The notes: generated by a model not told the origin, from the sequence alone. Positions 38,160 through 48,858 are shown, counted from the first letter of the stretch. The stretch is 64,000 nt of DNA from Spirochaetia bacterium (GCA_965208575.1 CBDBOV010000005.1:1-64000); one strand, 5' to 3'. Made by a program: numbers and translations.

Positions 38160-39871
38160 GATTGTCGGAGCTGTTGCGGAGGGCGCCGGCGGCCCGCTCC
38201 GGCCCCCTCGTCCTGGTGGCGGCGCTTCTGGCCGCGGCTGCACCGGCGCGCGCCGACACGCCGGTCACGGTGGAGAGCGTGCCGTTCGCCGCCGACACGC
38301 GCGAGTGCACGGGCGGCTTCGAGATGACGCCGCTGCCGCACTACACGCGCGGGCCGGACGAGTACGTCGGCTTCTTCGAGAGCAACGGCGCCGGGGTGGC
38401 GCTGGCGGACATGGATGGCGACGGGCTCACCGACATCGTGTTCGCGGGCCTGCACGGCCCCACCTCGCTGCTGTGGAACGAGGGCGGCCTGCTGTTCCGG
38501 CGCGGCGACCTGGCCGCGGAACACACCCGCGCCGTGAACGCGGTCGACGTGGACGGCGACGGCCTCCTGGACTTGGTGTTCACGCACTCCGGCGGCCTGC
38601 CGTCGTGGTGGCGCGCCACGCCCGCCGAAGACGCGGAGCGCCCTACCTTCGTGCGCAAGGAGGACGAGGAGTTCCGCGCCTGGTTTCCGGCCTACTCGAT
38701 CGCCTGGGCGGACCTGGACAGCGACGGCGACCTGGACCTGGTGGGAGCCTCCTACGACGCCGAACTCGGCGCCCTGTCGGACGGCATGGTGGTGGGCGGC
38801 GGCGTGTTCTACTACGCCAACGACGGCAGCGGCCTGCTCACCTTCGAGCGCCTGGGCCGCCGCGCCCACGCGCTGGCGATACGCATCACCGACCTGGACG
38901 CCGACGGGCGCCGCGACATCCTGATCGGCAACGACTTTGCACCGCCCGACGTGGTGTTTCTCAACAAGCCCGGCGGCTGGACCGAGGTCGAGCCGTTCAG
39001 CCGCACCCCCACCAACACCATGAGCTTCGCCGAGGGCGACGTCGACAACGACGGCACTCCCGAGCTGCTGGCCACCGACATGAAGCCGGTGGAGCGCACC
39101 GAGACCGTCGACGCGGCCTGGCGCCCGTTCTGGTCCGACACCGCCAACCTGCAGCCCAACGACGGCGTGCAGGTCACCGCCAACGTGTTCTTCTCGCTCG
39201 CCGACAACGCCGCCGGCGAGCGCTTCGCCGACCGCGCCGAGGAGGTCGGCGTCGACGCCACCGGCTGGAGCTGGTCGGCGCAGTTCGGCGACCTGGACAA
39301 CGACGGCTTCCTGGACCTGTACGTGGTCAACGGCATGATCGCCGCGGAGGTGTTCTCGCACCTGCCGGGCGACGCCCTGATCGAGGAGAACCAGGCGCTG
39401 CGCAACACCGGCGAGGGCCGCTTCGTGGCGGCGCCGGAGTGGGGACTGAACGCCACCCAGAGCGGGCGCGGCATGAGCTTCGCCGACCTGGACAACGACG
39501 GCGACCTGGACGTGGTGGTGAACAACCTGTCCGCGGTCTCGATGCTGTTCGAGAACCGCCTGTGCACGGGCGCCGCGCTGGAGGTGGAACTGCACTGGGA
39601 GGGCGTCCCGAACCGCCGCGCCATCGGCGCGAAGCTGCTGCTGCACACCGCCGCCGGCACCCTGTCGCGCGAGATGCGCGCCAGCAGCGGCTACCTGTCG
39701 AGCGACCCCCCGCGCGTGCACTTCGGCCTCGGCGACCCATCCGCCGGCGGCCCGAGCCGGCTGGAGGTGACGTGGCCGGACGGCGCGGTGTCAGGCATCC
39801 CGGCGCCGCAGCCCGGCCACCTGCTGCGGGTCACCCGGCTGCTGCCTGCACGCAGTAACGGCTCGCAGTAA
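38156..39871 (+). CDS. Secreted CRTAC1-family protein (FG-GAP repeats + ASPIC/UnbV)
   Basis: Signal peptide (AAAAPARA), repeated DxDxDG motifs, NRRAIGAK, GYLSS...VHFGLG, VTWPDG; TTG start overlaps the AKR stop. Confidence 0.85.
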   Translation: MRLSELLRRAPAARSGPLVLVAALLAAAAPARADTPVTVESVPFAADTRECTGGFEMTPLPHYTRGPDEYVGFFESNGAGVALADMDGDGLTDIVFAGLHGPTSLLWNEGGLLFRRGDLAAEHTRAVNAVDVDGDGLLDLVFTHSGGLPSWWRATPAEDAERPTFVRKEDEEFRAWFPAYSIAWADLDSDGDLDLVGASYDAELGALSDGMVVGGGVFYYANDGSGLLTFERLGRRAHALAIRITDLDADGRRDILIGNDFAPPDVVFLNKPGGWTEVEPFSRTPTNTMSFAEGDVDNDGTPELLATDMKPVERTETVDAAWRPFWSDTANLQPNDGVQVTANVFFSLADNAAGERFADRAEEVGVDATGWSWSAQFGDLDNDGFLDLYVVNGMIAAEVFSHLPGDALIEENQALRNTGEGRFVAAPEWGLNATQSGRGMSFADLDNDGDLDVVVNNLSAVSMLFENRLCTGAALEVELHWEGVPNRRAIGAKLLLHTAAGTLSREMRASSGYLSSDPPRVHFGLGDPSAGGPSRLEVTWPDGAVSGIPAPQPGHLLRVTRLLPARSNGSQ

Positions 39872-40031
39872 CGGCTCGCGGCCACGGTTGCAGCGCGCCG
39901 CCGTGTGAACGCGGCGCAGCCGGCGCGGTGCGCGCGCCCCGTCGCAGCAGCGCCCGATGCGACGCGAGTCTGCCGGCCGGCACGGCGCCTGCGCGCGCGG
40001 CCACTCGTCGTGTCTCGCCGGCGCCGCCCGC

Positions 40032-41927
40032 TCACCGGAACAGGTAGTCCGCGGCGTCGGCGGTGCGGGTCTGCTTCCAGAAGTCGAGCAGGCGGAACGG
40101 CCAGTTCTGGCTCACCCGCCCATCCTCGTGCCGGTACCAGCTCCGCACGCCCGGCGCTCCCCAGGCGGTGCGCGCGTTGCCGGCGTCGATCCACTCGTTG
40201 TAGGCGTCGTGCACCTCCTGCCGGCACTCCAGGCTGCCGCTGCCACGGTCCAGCAGCAGCCGCAGGCAGCTCAGGATGTAGTCCACCTCGCACTCCGACA
40301 GGATGATGATGCTGGTGTTCACCACCACGTTGGTGTTGGGACCGTACAGGCAGAACAGGTTGGGGAACCCGGGCATGGTGACGCCGCGGTAGGCGCGCGG
40401 GCTGCCCTGCCAGGACGCGCGCAGGTCGGTGCCGCCGCGTCCGATCACCTGCATCGGGAACAGCATGTCGGTGGTGCGAAAGCCGGTGGCATAGATCACG
40501 GTATCGACGGCGAAGCGGTCGCCGGCGGCGGTTACCGGCCCGTGTTCGCTCATGCGGGAGATCGAATCGGTCACCAGGTGCACGTTGGGCCGCTTCAGGG
40601 TATCGAACCAGGTGCCGTCGTCGTACAGCATCCGCTTGCCGCCCGGCGGGTAGTCGGGGATGCACTTGGCCAGCAACTCCGGATGCTCGCCGAGATGCTT
40701 GCGGGCGTGCCGTTCCAAATTGCGCCGCAGCTTGCGGTTCGCCTTGCCGATGCTGCCCGGTTCGTCCCAGCCGTCGTCGGCGTAGATGTAGTCGAGGGCG
40801 CCCTCGGAAGACATCCAGAACTGCAGCAACCGGTACCATCGCGCATAGTGCGGCAGGTGGTTGAGCAGCCAGTGCTTGCCCTCCGGCACGTCGCGGTGGT
40901 AGTCGGGGCGCGGGTTGACCCAGGGCGGGCTGCGCTGGAACAGGAACACCTCGGCGGCGCCGGGTGCGATGCGCGGCACCGCCTGGAATGCCGATGCGCC
41001 GGTGCCGATCACTGCGATGCGCTTGCCGGCCAGTGCCACGCCGTGGTCCCAGCGCGCGGTATGGAATGACGGACCGCGGAACGCCTCGCGGCCCGGTATG
41101 TCCGGCAAACGGGGCCGGTTGAGCTGGCCGACGGCGCTGATCACCGCGTTGGCGCGCAGCGTGCCCGTGGCTCCACTGCCCACGGCGCGGGTATGGACGG
41201 CCCACACCTGTTCCTGCTCGTCGAACACCAGGCGCTCCACCTCGGTCGAGAAGCGAATGCGATGGCGTATGCCGAGCCTGGTCGCACAATCCTGGAAGTA
41301 GTCGAGCAGCACCGGCTGCGACGAGAAGAACTGCGGCCAGTCGCGTGGCGCGAACGAGTAGGAGTAGGAGTGGTTCGGGGTGTCCACCCGGCAGCCGGGA
41401 TAGGTATTCTCCAGCCAGGTGCCGCCGACGTCGGCGTTCTTCTCGATCACCGTGCAGGAGAGCCCCGCCTGCCCCATGCGGTACGCCGCGAGAATCCCCG
41501 ACATGCCGGCACCGACGATCACCACGTGGAATCCGGCGCGCTTCTGCGGCGCGATCGATTCGAATCCCTCGGCGCCGGTCGGGTGCGGTTCAAGGCCCAC
41601 CTCGCGCAGCAGGAACTCCAGGTAGTCGTCGCCGACCGACTGCCCGACCAGGAAGCTCGCCATGTCGTGTACCTGCGCCGGTGTCGGACGGAAGCGCGGC
41701 GCGGCGCCCTCGTTGCCGAGCGCGGCGATCGCCGGCAGGGCGCGCGACCGTACCTCGGCCTGCTGCTCGTCGGTAAGACCCATCTGCGGGTCTCCCCACA
41801 CCGATCGCGGGCGCAGCGGGCCGTCGAGCAGGGCCAGGTTGCCGGTCAGGTGCACCAGCGTAACCAGCAGCGCGGGAACGTTGGCGTGTTCGAGCGCGGC
41901 GGCAATCGCCTGGCGGTCAGCGCTCAT
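40032..41927 (-). CDS. Baeyer-Villiger monooxygenase with N-terminal extension (HAPMO-like)
   Basis: GAGMSG, GGTWLENTYPGCRVD, FRGPSFHTARWD fingerprint, GTGASA, ATGF. Confidence 0.9.
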   Translation of the reverse strand: MSADRQAIAAALEHANVPALLVTLVHLTGNLALLDGPLRPRSVWGDPQMGLTDEQQAEVRSRALPAIAALGNEGAAPRFRPTPAQVHDMASFLVGQSVGDDYLEFLLREVGLEPHPTGAEGFESIAPQKRAGFHVVIVGAGMSGILAAYRMGQAGLSCTVIEKNADVGGTWLENTYPGCRVDTPNHSYSYSFAPRDWPQFFSSQPVLLDYFQDCATRLGIRHRIRFSTEVERLVFDEQEQVWAVHTRAVGSGATGTLRANAVISAVGQLNRPRLPDIPGREAFRGPSFHTARWDHGVALAGKRIAVIGTGASAFQAVPRIAPGAAEVFLFQRSPPWVNPRPDYHRDVPEGKHWLLNHLPHYARWYRLLQFWMSSEGALDYIYADDGWDEPGSIGKANRKLRRNLERHARKHLGEHPELLAKCIPDYPPGGKRMLYDDGTWFDTLKRPNVHLVTDSISRMSEHGPVTAAGDRFAVDTVIYATGFRTTDMLFPMQVIGRGGTDLRASWQGSPRAYRGVTMPGFPNLFCLYGPNTNVVVNTSIIILSECEVDYILSCLRLLLDRGSGSLECRQEVHDAYNEWIDAGNARTAWGAPGVRSWYRHEDGRVSQNWPFRLLDFWKQTRTADAADYLFR

Positions 41928-42044
41928 GCCGCGAGTGTCGGCCGCCGGGCCGGCCCCGTCAAGGAGCCCGGCGGGGCCCGGCGGGGCGCGGTTGTCCGCT
42001 CCGGGGCGGATGTATGGTACGCTCCGGCGCAGGAATCGAACGAC

Positions 42045-43115
42045 ATGGCACAAGAGACCCGCTACAGCTACGAAACGTTGCACGCGTTTTCCATCGCCGT
42101 CCTTACCGCCGCCGGGGCGCCCGGCAGCCACGCCAGGACGGTCGCCGACCACCTGATCGACGCCAACCTCGCCGGCCACGACTCGCACGGCGCGCACCGC
42201 CTGATGCAGTACACCGACGCCATCGACCAGGGCGGCATCGACCCGCAGGCGTCGCCGCGCACCGTGAGCGAGGGCACCACTACCGCCGTGCTCGACGCCA
42301 CCGGTGTGTTCGGCCAGGTGGCCGGCCTTGCCGCCACCGAGCTTGCCGTCGCCAAGGCCTCCGAGCACGGCACCGCCGTGGTCGGGGTACGCGGCGCCAA
42401 CCACGTCGGCCGCGCCGGCGTGTATGCGCTGAAGATGGCGGATGCCGGGCTGGTCGGGCAGGTGTTCTGCAGCGGGCGCGGCGCCGGCATCGTGGCGCCG
42501 TGGGGCGGCACCACGCCGCTGTTGTCCACCAACCCGATCGCGGTGGCGGTACCGACCGCGGGCGAGCCGATCCTGGTCGACATCACCACCAGCGTCACCG
42601 CCGAGGGCAAGGTGCGGGTGGCGCGCTTCGCCGGCAAGGAGCTGGCGCCCGGACAGATCCTGGACCGCGACGGCAACCCGTCGACCAGACCCGACGATCT
42701 GTACAACGGCGGCTCGATGCTGCCGCTCGGCGGCCTCATGGGCCACAAGGGCTACGGCCTGTCGGTGGTGGTGGATCTGCTCGGCGCCCTGCTCACCGGC
42801 GGCAGCGCCGGCGGCGAGCGCGGCGGCGGCTTCTCCAACAATCTCACCCTGTGGGCCGCGGACCCGGACGCGCTTGGCGGCCGGGAGACAATGGAGGAGC
42901 TGCAGAGCCAGTACTTCGCGATGCTCAAGTCGTCGAACCGGCAACCGGGGGTGGAGGAGATCCTGCTGCCCGGAGAGCCGGAGTTGCGCACAACCGCCGC
43001 TCGCCGGCGCGACGGCCTGCCGCTGGACGCCGGTACCGTATCGGGGCTCGACCAACTCGCTACCCGTCTCGGCGTGCCGCCGCTCGGCAGCCAGGCGCTG
43101 AAGAAAGAGGGGTAA
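42045..43115 (+). CDS. Ldh_2-family (malate/L-lactate/sulfolactate) oxidoreductase
   Basis: GHDSHG, NHVGR, TNPIA, DITTS, GHKGYGL, LPGEPE. Confidence 0.9.
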   Translation: MAQETRYSYETLHAFSIAVLTAAGAPGSHARTVADHLIDANLAGHDSHGAHRLMQYTDAIDQGGIDPQASPRTVSEGTTTAVLDATGVFGQVAGLAATELAVAKASEHGTAVVGVRGANHVGRAGVYALKMADAGLVGQVFCSGRGAGIVAPWGGTTPLLSTNPIAVAVPTAGEPILVDITTSVTAEGKVRVARFAGKELAPGQILDRDGNPSTRPDDLYNGGSMLPLGGLMGHKGYGLSVVVDLLGALLTGGSAGGERGGGFSNNLTLWAADPDALGGRETMEELQSQYFAMLKSSNRQPGVEEILLPGEPELRTTAARRRDGLPLDAGTVSGLDQLATRLGVPPLGSQALKKEG

Positions 43116-43201
43116 GAAACCTCAATTGCGCCGCGTCATAGGTTCGGACCGGGGCGCACACGGTGATGTACGCCCATAAACCAATTCATAAGGAGCATAA
43201 T

Positions 43202-43789
43202 ATGCGCCGCAAATTTCTTGTTCTGATCGGGTTGGCCGTCGTGCTGGCCGCCCAGCCGCTGTTCGCCGCCAAGTTCAAGGTGGACCATGCCCACACCAAC
43301 GTGGGTTTCAGCGTCAAGCACATGGTGGTGGCCAAGACCACGGGGTCGTTCAACGACTTCACCGCCAGTCTTGAACTCGATCCCGCCGACATGTCGTCAT
43401 TCACGGTTATGGCCACCATTCAGGCGGCAAGCATCGACACCAACAACGACCGGCGCGACAACCACCTGCGCAGCGCGGACTTCCTCGACGTCGCCAACCA
43501 CCCGACCATCACCTTCGCGAGCTCCAAGCTGAGCACGATGGACGGCAAGCACGTGTTGCACGGCGACCTTACCATTCGCGGTGTCACGCAAGCGGTGGAA
43601 ATCCCGATCGAGATCGTCGGTCCGGTGATGGCCATGGGCAACACCGTCGTCGGCTTCGCGGGCCACCTGACCATCAACCGTCATGACTACGGTGTGGCCT
43701 GGAGCCGGACGCTCGACAACGGCGGCCTGGTCGTGGCCGACGAGGTGGAGATCGAGGTAAACGGCGAGTTCATCATGGAGAGCATGTAG
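43202..43789 (+). CDS. YceI-family lipid/polyisoprenoid-binding protein
   Basis: Signal peptide, DHAHTNVGFSVKH, SIDTNNDRRDNHLRSADF, GDLTIRGVT. Confidence 0.92.
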   Translation: MRRKFLVLIGLAVVLAAQPLFAAKFKVDHAHTNVGFSVKHMVVAKTTGSFNDFTASLELDPADMSSFTVMATIQAASIDTNNDRRDNHLRSADFLDVANHPTITFASSKLSTMDGKHVLHGDLTIRGVTQAVEIPIEIVGPVMAMGNTVVGFAGHLTINRHDYGVAWSRTLDNGGLVVADEVEIEVNGEFIMESM

Positions 43790-43811
43790 CTCACCGACTC
43801 CGAATCTGCCC

Positions 43812-43848
43812 GAGACGGCGCGTCCAACAACGGCGCGCCTCTTTTTTT
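43812..43848 (+). terminator. Rho-independent terminator
   Basis: GC stem GGCGCG...CGCGCC followed by T7. Confidence 0.7.
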
Positions 43849-43880
43849 GCCCGGACGCCCACCCGATTGCGGCTGGCGGC

Positions 43881-45053
43881 TCAGCCTGCCGACAGGCGCC
43901 GTTCAAGCGGCGTACGGAAGCGCGGAGTTACCACGGCGCCGGCCAGCCACTCCTCGAGGCGCGCGGCCTCGTCCGCGACTTGGTCGCGCGCAGCCGGCGC
44001 CACCGGTTCCAGCAGTTCGAACACCACCCGACCGTCGCGCCGCTGTCCCCAGCCGCCGACCACCCGGCCGTCCAACCAGACCGTCGGCCCCGCGTTGCCG
44101 TTGCGGTCGAACAACTGACCGGCGTGGCCACCGAGATACCAGGCGCGTTCCTTCCAGCCCATTACGGTAGGGTCGAGCCCCGGCAGCAACGCCACCCAGC
44201 TTGCGACCGGCGGCGCCGGCAGGCGATCGCCGGTGGCCACAAAGCCGGGGCCGTCATCCAGCTCCACCGGCTCCGCCCCGCAGGCGGCCAGCGCGTCCTT
44301 GGCGCGGCGCATCGTCCAACCGCTCCACCAGGTGACGTCGGTCATGGTGACCGGGCCGCAGGCGGTCAGCCAGCGGTGCAGGAGCCGCGCCCGTGCGGCC
44401 GCCGGGTCGAGATCGGGGAATCGGGCGCCCAGCCAGTGCGCGGTCGCCGCCCAGCGGTACTGGCTGGAGATCCAGGTTCCGCGCGGGCGCGCGCGCACGA
44501 TGAGCCCCTCGCTCGCGAGCAGGAACAACACGCGGGTCGAGACGCCTACCGTGCCGGCCCACGAACGCCCGGCGCCGAAGCTCAACCTTTCGGCCAGCTC
44601 CGGCACGTCCGCGGTCAACTCCCGTGCGGTGGCCTCGCCACGCGCCGCGAGTGCCGCGAGAGTGCGTTCCTGAACGCCCCGCAGCCACGCCTCGGGGGCC
44701 GCGGCTATCCCCTGGTCTCCCAGCAGGCGCAGCAGGCGGCGCCGCTCGGCCGGCGCCAGATCGCGCGTGCAGGCGGCGTCGACCACCGCCGCCAGGTCGC
44801 GCGGCAGCACGAACATGGTGCGCCGCATGCCCAGCACCCGCACCAGGTTGCGCGCCTCGTACAGCGCCGCCTCGAGGTGCGCCACGCGAAACCCGCGCAC
44901 CCGGGCGCGCGCCGCCAGGTACACGGTAACCGGGTCGCTGGAATGCAGCCCGGCCAGGTCGGCGCTGACCTGTTCCACGGTGTGGGCCGGCACCGCCAGG
45001 TGGTGGCGCACCGCAAGCCGCGCGCGCCGCTCGGCTACCGTGATGCGCCCGAT
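43881..45053 (-). CDS. AlkZ/YcaQ-like (HTH_42) DNA glycosylase family protein; start uncertain
   Basis: LHSSDP, GMRRTMF, DVTWWSG, LLPGLDPTVMGWKER, DGRVVGGW. Confidence 0.75.
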   Translation of the reverse strand: MGRITVAERRARLAVRHHLAVPAHTVEQVSADLAGLHSSDPVTVYLAARARVRGFRVAHLEAALYEARNLVRVLGMRRTMFVLPRDLAAVVDAACTRDLAPAERRRLLRLLGDQGIAAAPEAWLRGVQERTLAALAARGEATARELTADVPELAERLSFGAGRSWAGTVGVSTRVLFLLASEGLIVRARPRGTWISSQYRWAATAHWLGARFPDLDPAAARARLLHRWLTACGPVTMTDVTWWSGWTMRRAKDALAACGAEPVELDDGPGFVATGDRLPAPPVASWVALLPGLDPTVMGWKERAWYLGGHAGQLFDRNGNAGPTVWLDGRVVGGWGQRRDGRVVFELLEPVAPAARDQVADEAARLEEWLAGAVVTPRFRTPLERRLSAG

Positions 45054-45195
45054 GGCGGCCGCCCTCCCGCCGGCACTCCGGCCGCCACTCCGACCCGAAT
45101 TGCATTGTCGTACACGGAACGGTAGGGTAGACGCGAGGGCTCCGAGAGGTCTACGTCGGGCGCCCCGCGACCGTGAACTGAAGGAGTCACACAAG

Positions 45196-46338
45196 ATGGC
45201 AAGCCCACCGACCGTGTTCGCCGCCGATGAGGCACAGCAGACCTACGCCGCCAGTTACGCGTCGGACGGGTATCTCCTGGTCCGCGGCCTGCTCGATCCC
45301 GAGCGCGACCTCGCACCGCTCAAGAAGTCCTATACCAGCCTGATCGACGCGATGGGATACGTCTACCTGTCCGAGACCCTCCCCGATGCGCTGCGCGATT
45401 ACGCCGCACAACCGTTTCCGCACCGCTTCGCCACCATGCTCGGCGCCAGCGGCGGCCTCGGGCTGCACCACCTCGACCCGGTGCTGAACATCTTCGTGGA
45501 CCACTTCCAGTACCGTCGCGACCTGCCGAGTTCGCAGATTCCCGAGATGTTTGCCTGCATCCGCCACAGCCGCGTGCTCGACGTGCTCGAGGCGTTGCTC
45601 GGGCCGGAGGTTCTGGCATCGCCGATCTACCACGTCAACGTGAAGCTGGCGCAGCGCCACCTTCAGGAAGTGGAAGCGGTGGCCAAGGCAAGCGGACAGG
45701 ACAATCCCACCCTGGAGAAGTTCTACAACTTCCAGGTGGGCGCGACCCACTGGCACATGGACGCCGTCTCGGGCCTGTCCGACTCGCACCACAGCCGCAT
45801 CGCGAATGCATGGATCCCGCTTACCGAGGCGACACCCGACAACGGCTGCCTGATGGTCGTGCCCGGCAGCCATACCGGCGAAGTGGGCGACCCGGAGAAC
45901 GCGGATGACGCAACCGAGGACGCGGTGACGCTGCCGATGCGGCCGGGCGACGTGCTGTTCCTGGACAACAAGGTGCTGCACAGTTCGACGCCCAACACCA
46001 GCGACGGCGATTACCGCTGGGCGTTCAACTTCCGCTACGTGCAGGCGGGGCAGACGGCCGGACGTCCCTTCCTGCCCGGCTTCGTGGCGCGCAGCCGGTC
46101 CGCGCCCGAGAGCGAACTGCACAATCCATTCGTGTGGAGCACGATGTGGGATCGTGCCTTGACCTACCGCGTGGAGCACGGCGCGCCCTACTCATACGGC
46201 GCGCTGCGCGATGGGGAGGTGAGCGAGAACCAGGCGCGGGCGATCACCGAGCACTGGCGCCGCCGTGCGCCTGACCCGCGCGGCTGGCTGCGCCTGGAGC
46301 AGGCCGACGACGCCCCGCTGCCGGCCGTGAGCTGGTAG
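45196..46338 (+). CDS. PhyH-family dioxygenase
   Basis: HWHMD, AWIPL, NGCLMVVPGSH, PGDVLFLDNKVLHSS, RWAFNFRY. Confidence 0.87.
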   Translation: MASPPTVFAADEAQQTYAASYASDGYLLVRGLLDPERDLAPLKKSYTSLIDAMGYVYLSETLPDALRDYAAQPFPHRFATMLGASGGLGLHHLDPVLNIFVDHFQYRRDLPSSQIPEMFACIRHSRVLDVLEALLGPEVLASPIYHVNVKLAQRHLQEVEAVAKASGQDNPTLEKFYNFQVGATHWHMDAVSGLSDSHHSRIANAWIPLTEATPDNGCLMVVPGSHTGEVGDPENADDATEDAVTLPMRPGDVLFLDNKVLHSSTPNTSDGDYRWAFNFRYVQAGQTAGRPFLPGFVARSRSAPESELHNPFVWSTMWDRALTYRVEHGAPYSYGALRDGEVSENQARAITEHWRRRAPDPRGWLRLEQADDAPLPAVSW

Positions 46339-46358
46339 GCGGGCCAAAGGAGCATCCC

Positions 46359-46937
46359 TTGTTCAACCCGATTCTCAGGACGGTGTCGGAGCAGCGCATG
46401 GTGTACTCGACGTCGTCCGGCTTTCGCGTCGTGTTCGCGCTCATCGCGGGATTCCTGGTCTTCAGTTCACAGGGGCAGCCGGGCGTCATCCTGATCATCC
46501 TGATCGCGCTGAGCCTGCTCGGTGCGCTGTACCTGGAGCGGTGGGTGTTCGACAAGGACGCCAACATGTTCGAGAAGAATGTCGGCCTCCTGTTCCTGCA
46601 CACCCGCAAGCAGCAGCCGCTCGACCATCTGACCAAGATTGTGCTGCGCGAGGTGGGCCCCTCCTACCAGGACCGCCCGCGCATGATGAAGGCGGTGTCG
46701 CGGCAGGCGGCGATTCTGGCGATTGTCGACCAGTCCGGCACCAATCACGGTCTGGACATGATCAAGGGTTCCTCGCTGCGGGAGGCGCGCGATTCGGCGC
46801 AGAAGCTGGCGAAGTTCTGCGACATCCCGTTCGAGGACCTGGTGCCCCAGGAAGAGACGGACGTGCAGCAGCCTCCCAAGCCGCCACGGCAGCGCCCGGC
46901 CGGCCCCCCCCAACAGCCGCCCGGCCCCACGGCCTGA
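46359..46937 (+). CDS. Hypothetical membrane protein (2 TM helices, Pro/Gln-rich tail)
   Basis: TTG start with AAGGAG SD, GC-rich third codon positions, two hydrophobic segments. Confidence 0.65.
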   Translation: MFNPILRTVSEQRMVYSTSSGFRVVFALIAGFLVFSSQGQPGVILIILIALSLLGALYLERWVFDKDANMFEKNVGLLFLHTRKQQPLDHLTKIVLREVGPSYQDRPRMMKAVSRQAAILAIVDQSGTNHGLDMIKGSSLREARDSAQKLAKFCDIPFEDLVPQEETDVQQPPKPPRQRPAGPPQQPPGPTA

Positions 46938-47046
46938 CCGCGCGGACGACCAGCACCACGGCCCGCCGCTGCGCCGGCGGCCGGGCCACGGAACCGGCCC
47001 AAGAGCACGCGAACGGCGCCGCCGGCAGACGGCGGTTTTCGGGACG

Positions 47047-48729
47047 CTAGCCGGGCAGCCAGGCTCCGGGGGCGATGCCGTCGAGGTGGGTCTTCACGTC
47101 CACCACGGCCGGCTGGCCGGAGGCGAACGCCGCATCGAGGGCGCCGCGCAGTTCGCCGATGTGGTTCACGGTGATCCCGAAGCATCCCATCGAACGGGCA
47201 ATGCCGGCGAAGTCGGCGTCGGGGAAGATCCACAGGTCGTCGGAGCCGGGCGTCTGGCCGCCGTAGACCGACTCGTTGCCGCCCTTCTCCTGGTTCAGGG
47301 AGTGGTTGTTGTTGACCACCGTCACCGTGTTCAGGTTGTACTTGAACGCCGTCTCCAGCTCCGCGATGTGATACCAGATGCCGCCGTCGCCGGTGAAGCA
47401 TACCACTGGGCGGTCGGGGGCCGCGCACTTGGCGCCCATCGCCGCCGGCAACCCCCAGCCGAGCGAGCCCGCGCAGCGGATGAAACTCTGGCCGGGATGG
47501 GGCAGGTCGAGCATGGTGCCGGTCCACACCCCGGAGTGGCCGGTGTCGGACACCAGGATCACGTCCTCGGGCAGGTAGGCGGACAACTCGCCGCACAACC
47601 GCTCCGGCCGCATCGGCTCGATGTCCGACTCCCACACGTCGCGCACCTGTTCCTTCCACGCCGCCACCAGCTCCTGCACACGCGCTACCCACGCCGAGCG
47701 GTCGGGCGCGGCGCCGCCTGCCTCGGCGGCGCCCAGCATGCGGCGCAAGGTGTTGCGCACGTCGCCCTGCAGCCCCACGTCGAGCGCGTAGTTGCGGCCC
47801 AGTTCCTCGGCATTGATGTCGAGCTGCATGACCGGGGTGCCCTGCGGCGGGATACGGTAGCCGTGGGTGACCTGGCCGCCGGCGTGGCTGCCGATGAAGA
47901 ACACCAGGTCCGCCTCGCACAAGATGCGGTTGGAACACTCGCGCGAGTAGTTGCCCGGCGTGCCCACCGCCAGCGGATGATCGGGCGGGAACATCGCCTT
48001 GGCGTTCAGCGCGGTGGCCACCGGAATCGACAGTTTCTCGGCAAACGCGATCAACTCGGCGCGGGCATCGGAAGCGGTCACGCCGCCGCCGGCCACGATC
48101 ACCGGCCGCTCCGCCTGGGCGAGCCGGTTCAGGGCCTGCGCGATCTGGTCGCCGTCCGCCTCCGGGCGGAACGCCGGCACGCGCGTGAATGGCTCCTCGA
48201 TAATCACCTCCAGGTCCGCCTCCCGGTCGAACACCGCCTGCCCGGCGAGGCCGTCCAGGTCGAGGTGCGCCGGCCCCGGCGTGCCGGTGGTGGCGGCACG
48301 GAACGCCTGCCGCAGGCGGATCCCCAGCAGGTCCGGGGTGCGCACCGAGGCACTGTACTTGGTCACCGTCGTGAACGGCCTGACGTGGTCCACCTCCTGG
48401 TAGGCGTGGCGCTGCTGGTTGATCGGCAGTTCGCGGCCGGTCAGGGCGATCACCGGCGAGCAGGCCAGATACGCATCCTGCAGCCCGGCCGCCAGGTTCA
48501 CCGCGCCCACCGACTGTGCCATGCACAGGCTCGGTGCGCGCTTGACGCGGGCGTAGGCGTCCGCCATGTAGGCGGCGGCCTTCTCGCCGTGGGGCTGAAT
48601 GCGCTGCATGCCGAGCTTCTCCATCTCCATCAACGTCCGGGGGCCGATGAACGGCATGAAGAACACATGCGTAATCCCATATCCATGCGCCATTTCGGCG
48701 GTAAAACGAGCACCAGTCATAGTTGCCAT
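47047..48729 (-). CDS. Thiamine-pyrophosphate-dependent enzyme (acetolactate synthase superfamily)
   Basis: HGEKAAAYMADAYAR (catalytic Glu), GSLGWGLPAAMG, GDGG...NN. Confidence 0.88.
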   Translation of the reverse strand: MATMTGARFTAEMAHGYGITHVFFMPFIGPRTLMEMEKLGMQRIQPHGEKAAAYMADAYARVKRAPSLCMAQSVGAVNLAAGLQDAYLACSPVIALTGRELPINQQRHAYQEVDHVRPFTTVTKYSASVRTPDLLGIRLRQAFRAATTGTPGPAHLDLDGLAGQAVFDREADLEVIIEEPFTRVPAFRPEADGDQIAQALNRLAQAERPVIVAGGGVTASDARAELIAFAEKLSIPVATALNAKAMFPPDHPLAVGTPGNYSRECSNRILCEADLVFFIGSHAGGQVTHGYRIPPQGTPVMQLDINAEELGRNYALDVGLQGDVRNTLRRMLGAAEAGGAAPDRSAWVARVQELVAAWKEQVRDVWESDIEPMRPERLCGELSAYLPEDVILVSDTGHSGVWTGTMLDLPHPGQSFIRCAGSLGWGLPAAMGAKCAAPDRPVVCFTGDGGIWYHIAELETAFKYNLNTVTVVNNNHSLNQEKGGNESVYGGQTPGSDDLWIFPDADFAGIARSMGCFGITVNHIGELRGALDAAFASGQPAVVDVKTHLDGIAPGAWLPG

Positions 48730-48858
48730 AACGTGTTGTGCGACAGTAGCCGAACCGTCCCTCCCTGTAAACACGGCAATTCCGCGGTGCGCGGCCGCCG
48801 TGACGGTGGCGCAAGCGTTCCTTGACCTCGATTGCCGTCCGGTGGATCATCCCCTCCA

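Noticed and set aside
37037-39871. 944-aa ORF as a single protein
   Set aside because: The first ~370 aa are an off-frame read-through of the aldo/keto reductase; the real protein starts at the signal peptide near 38156.
39851-39876. 13-bp tandem duplication CGCAGTAACGGCT as a possible excision footprint
   Set aside because: No associated element; simple slippage at a gene end is sufficient.
40032-43055. 1007-aa ORF
   Set aside because: The 5' third is antisense to the Ldh_2 gene; the monooxygenase starts at 41927.
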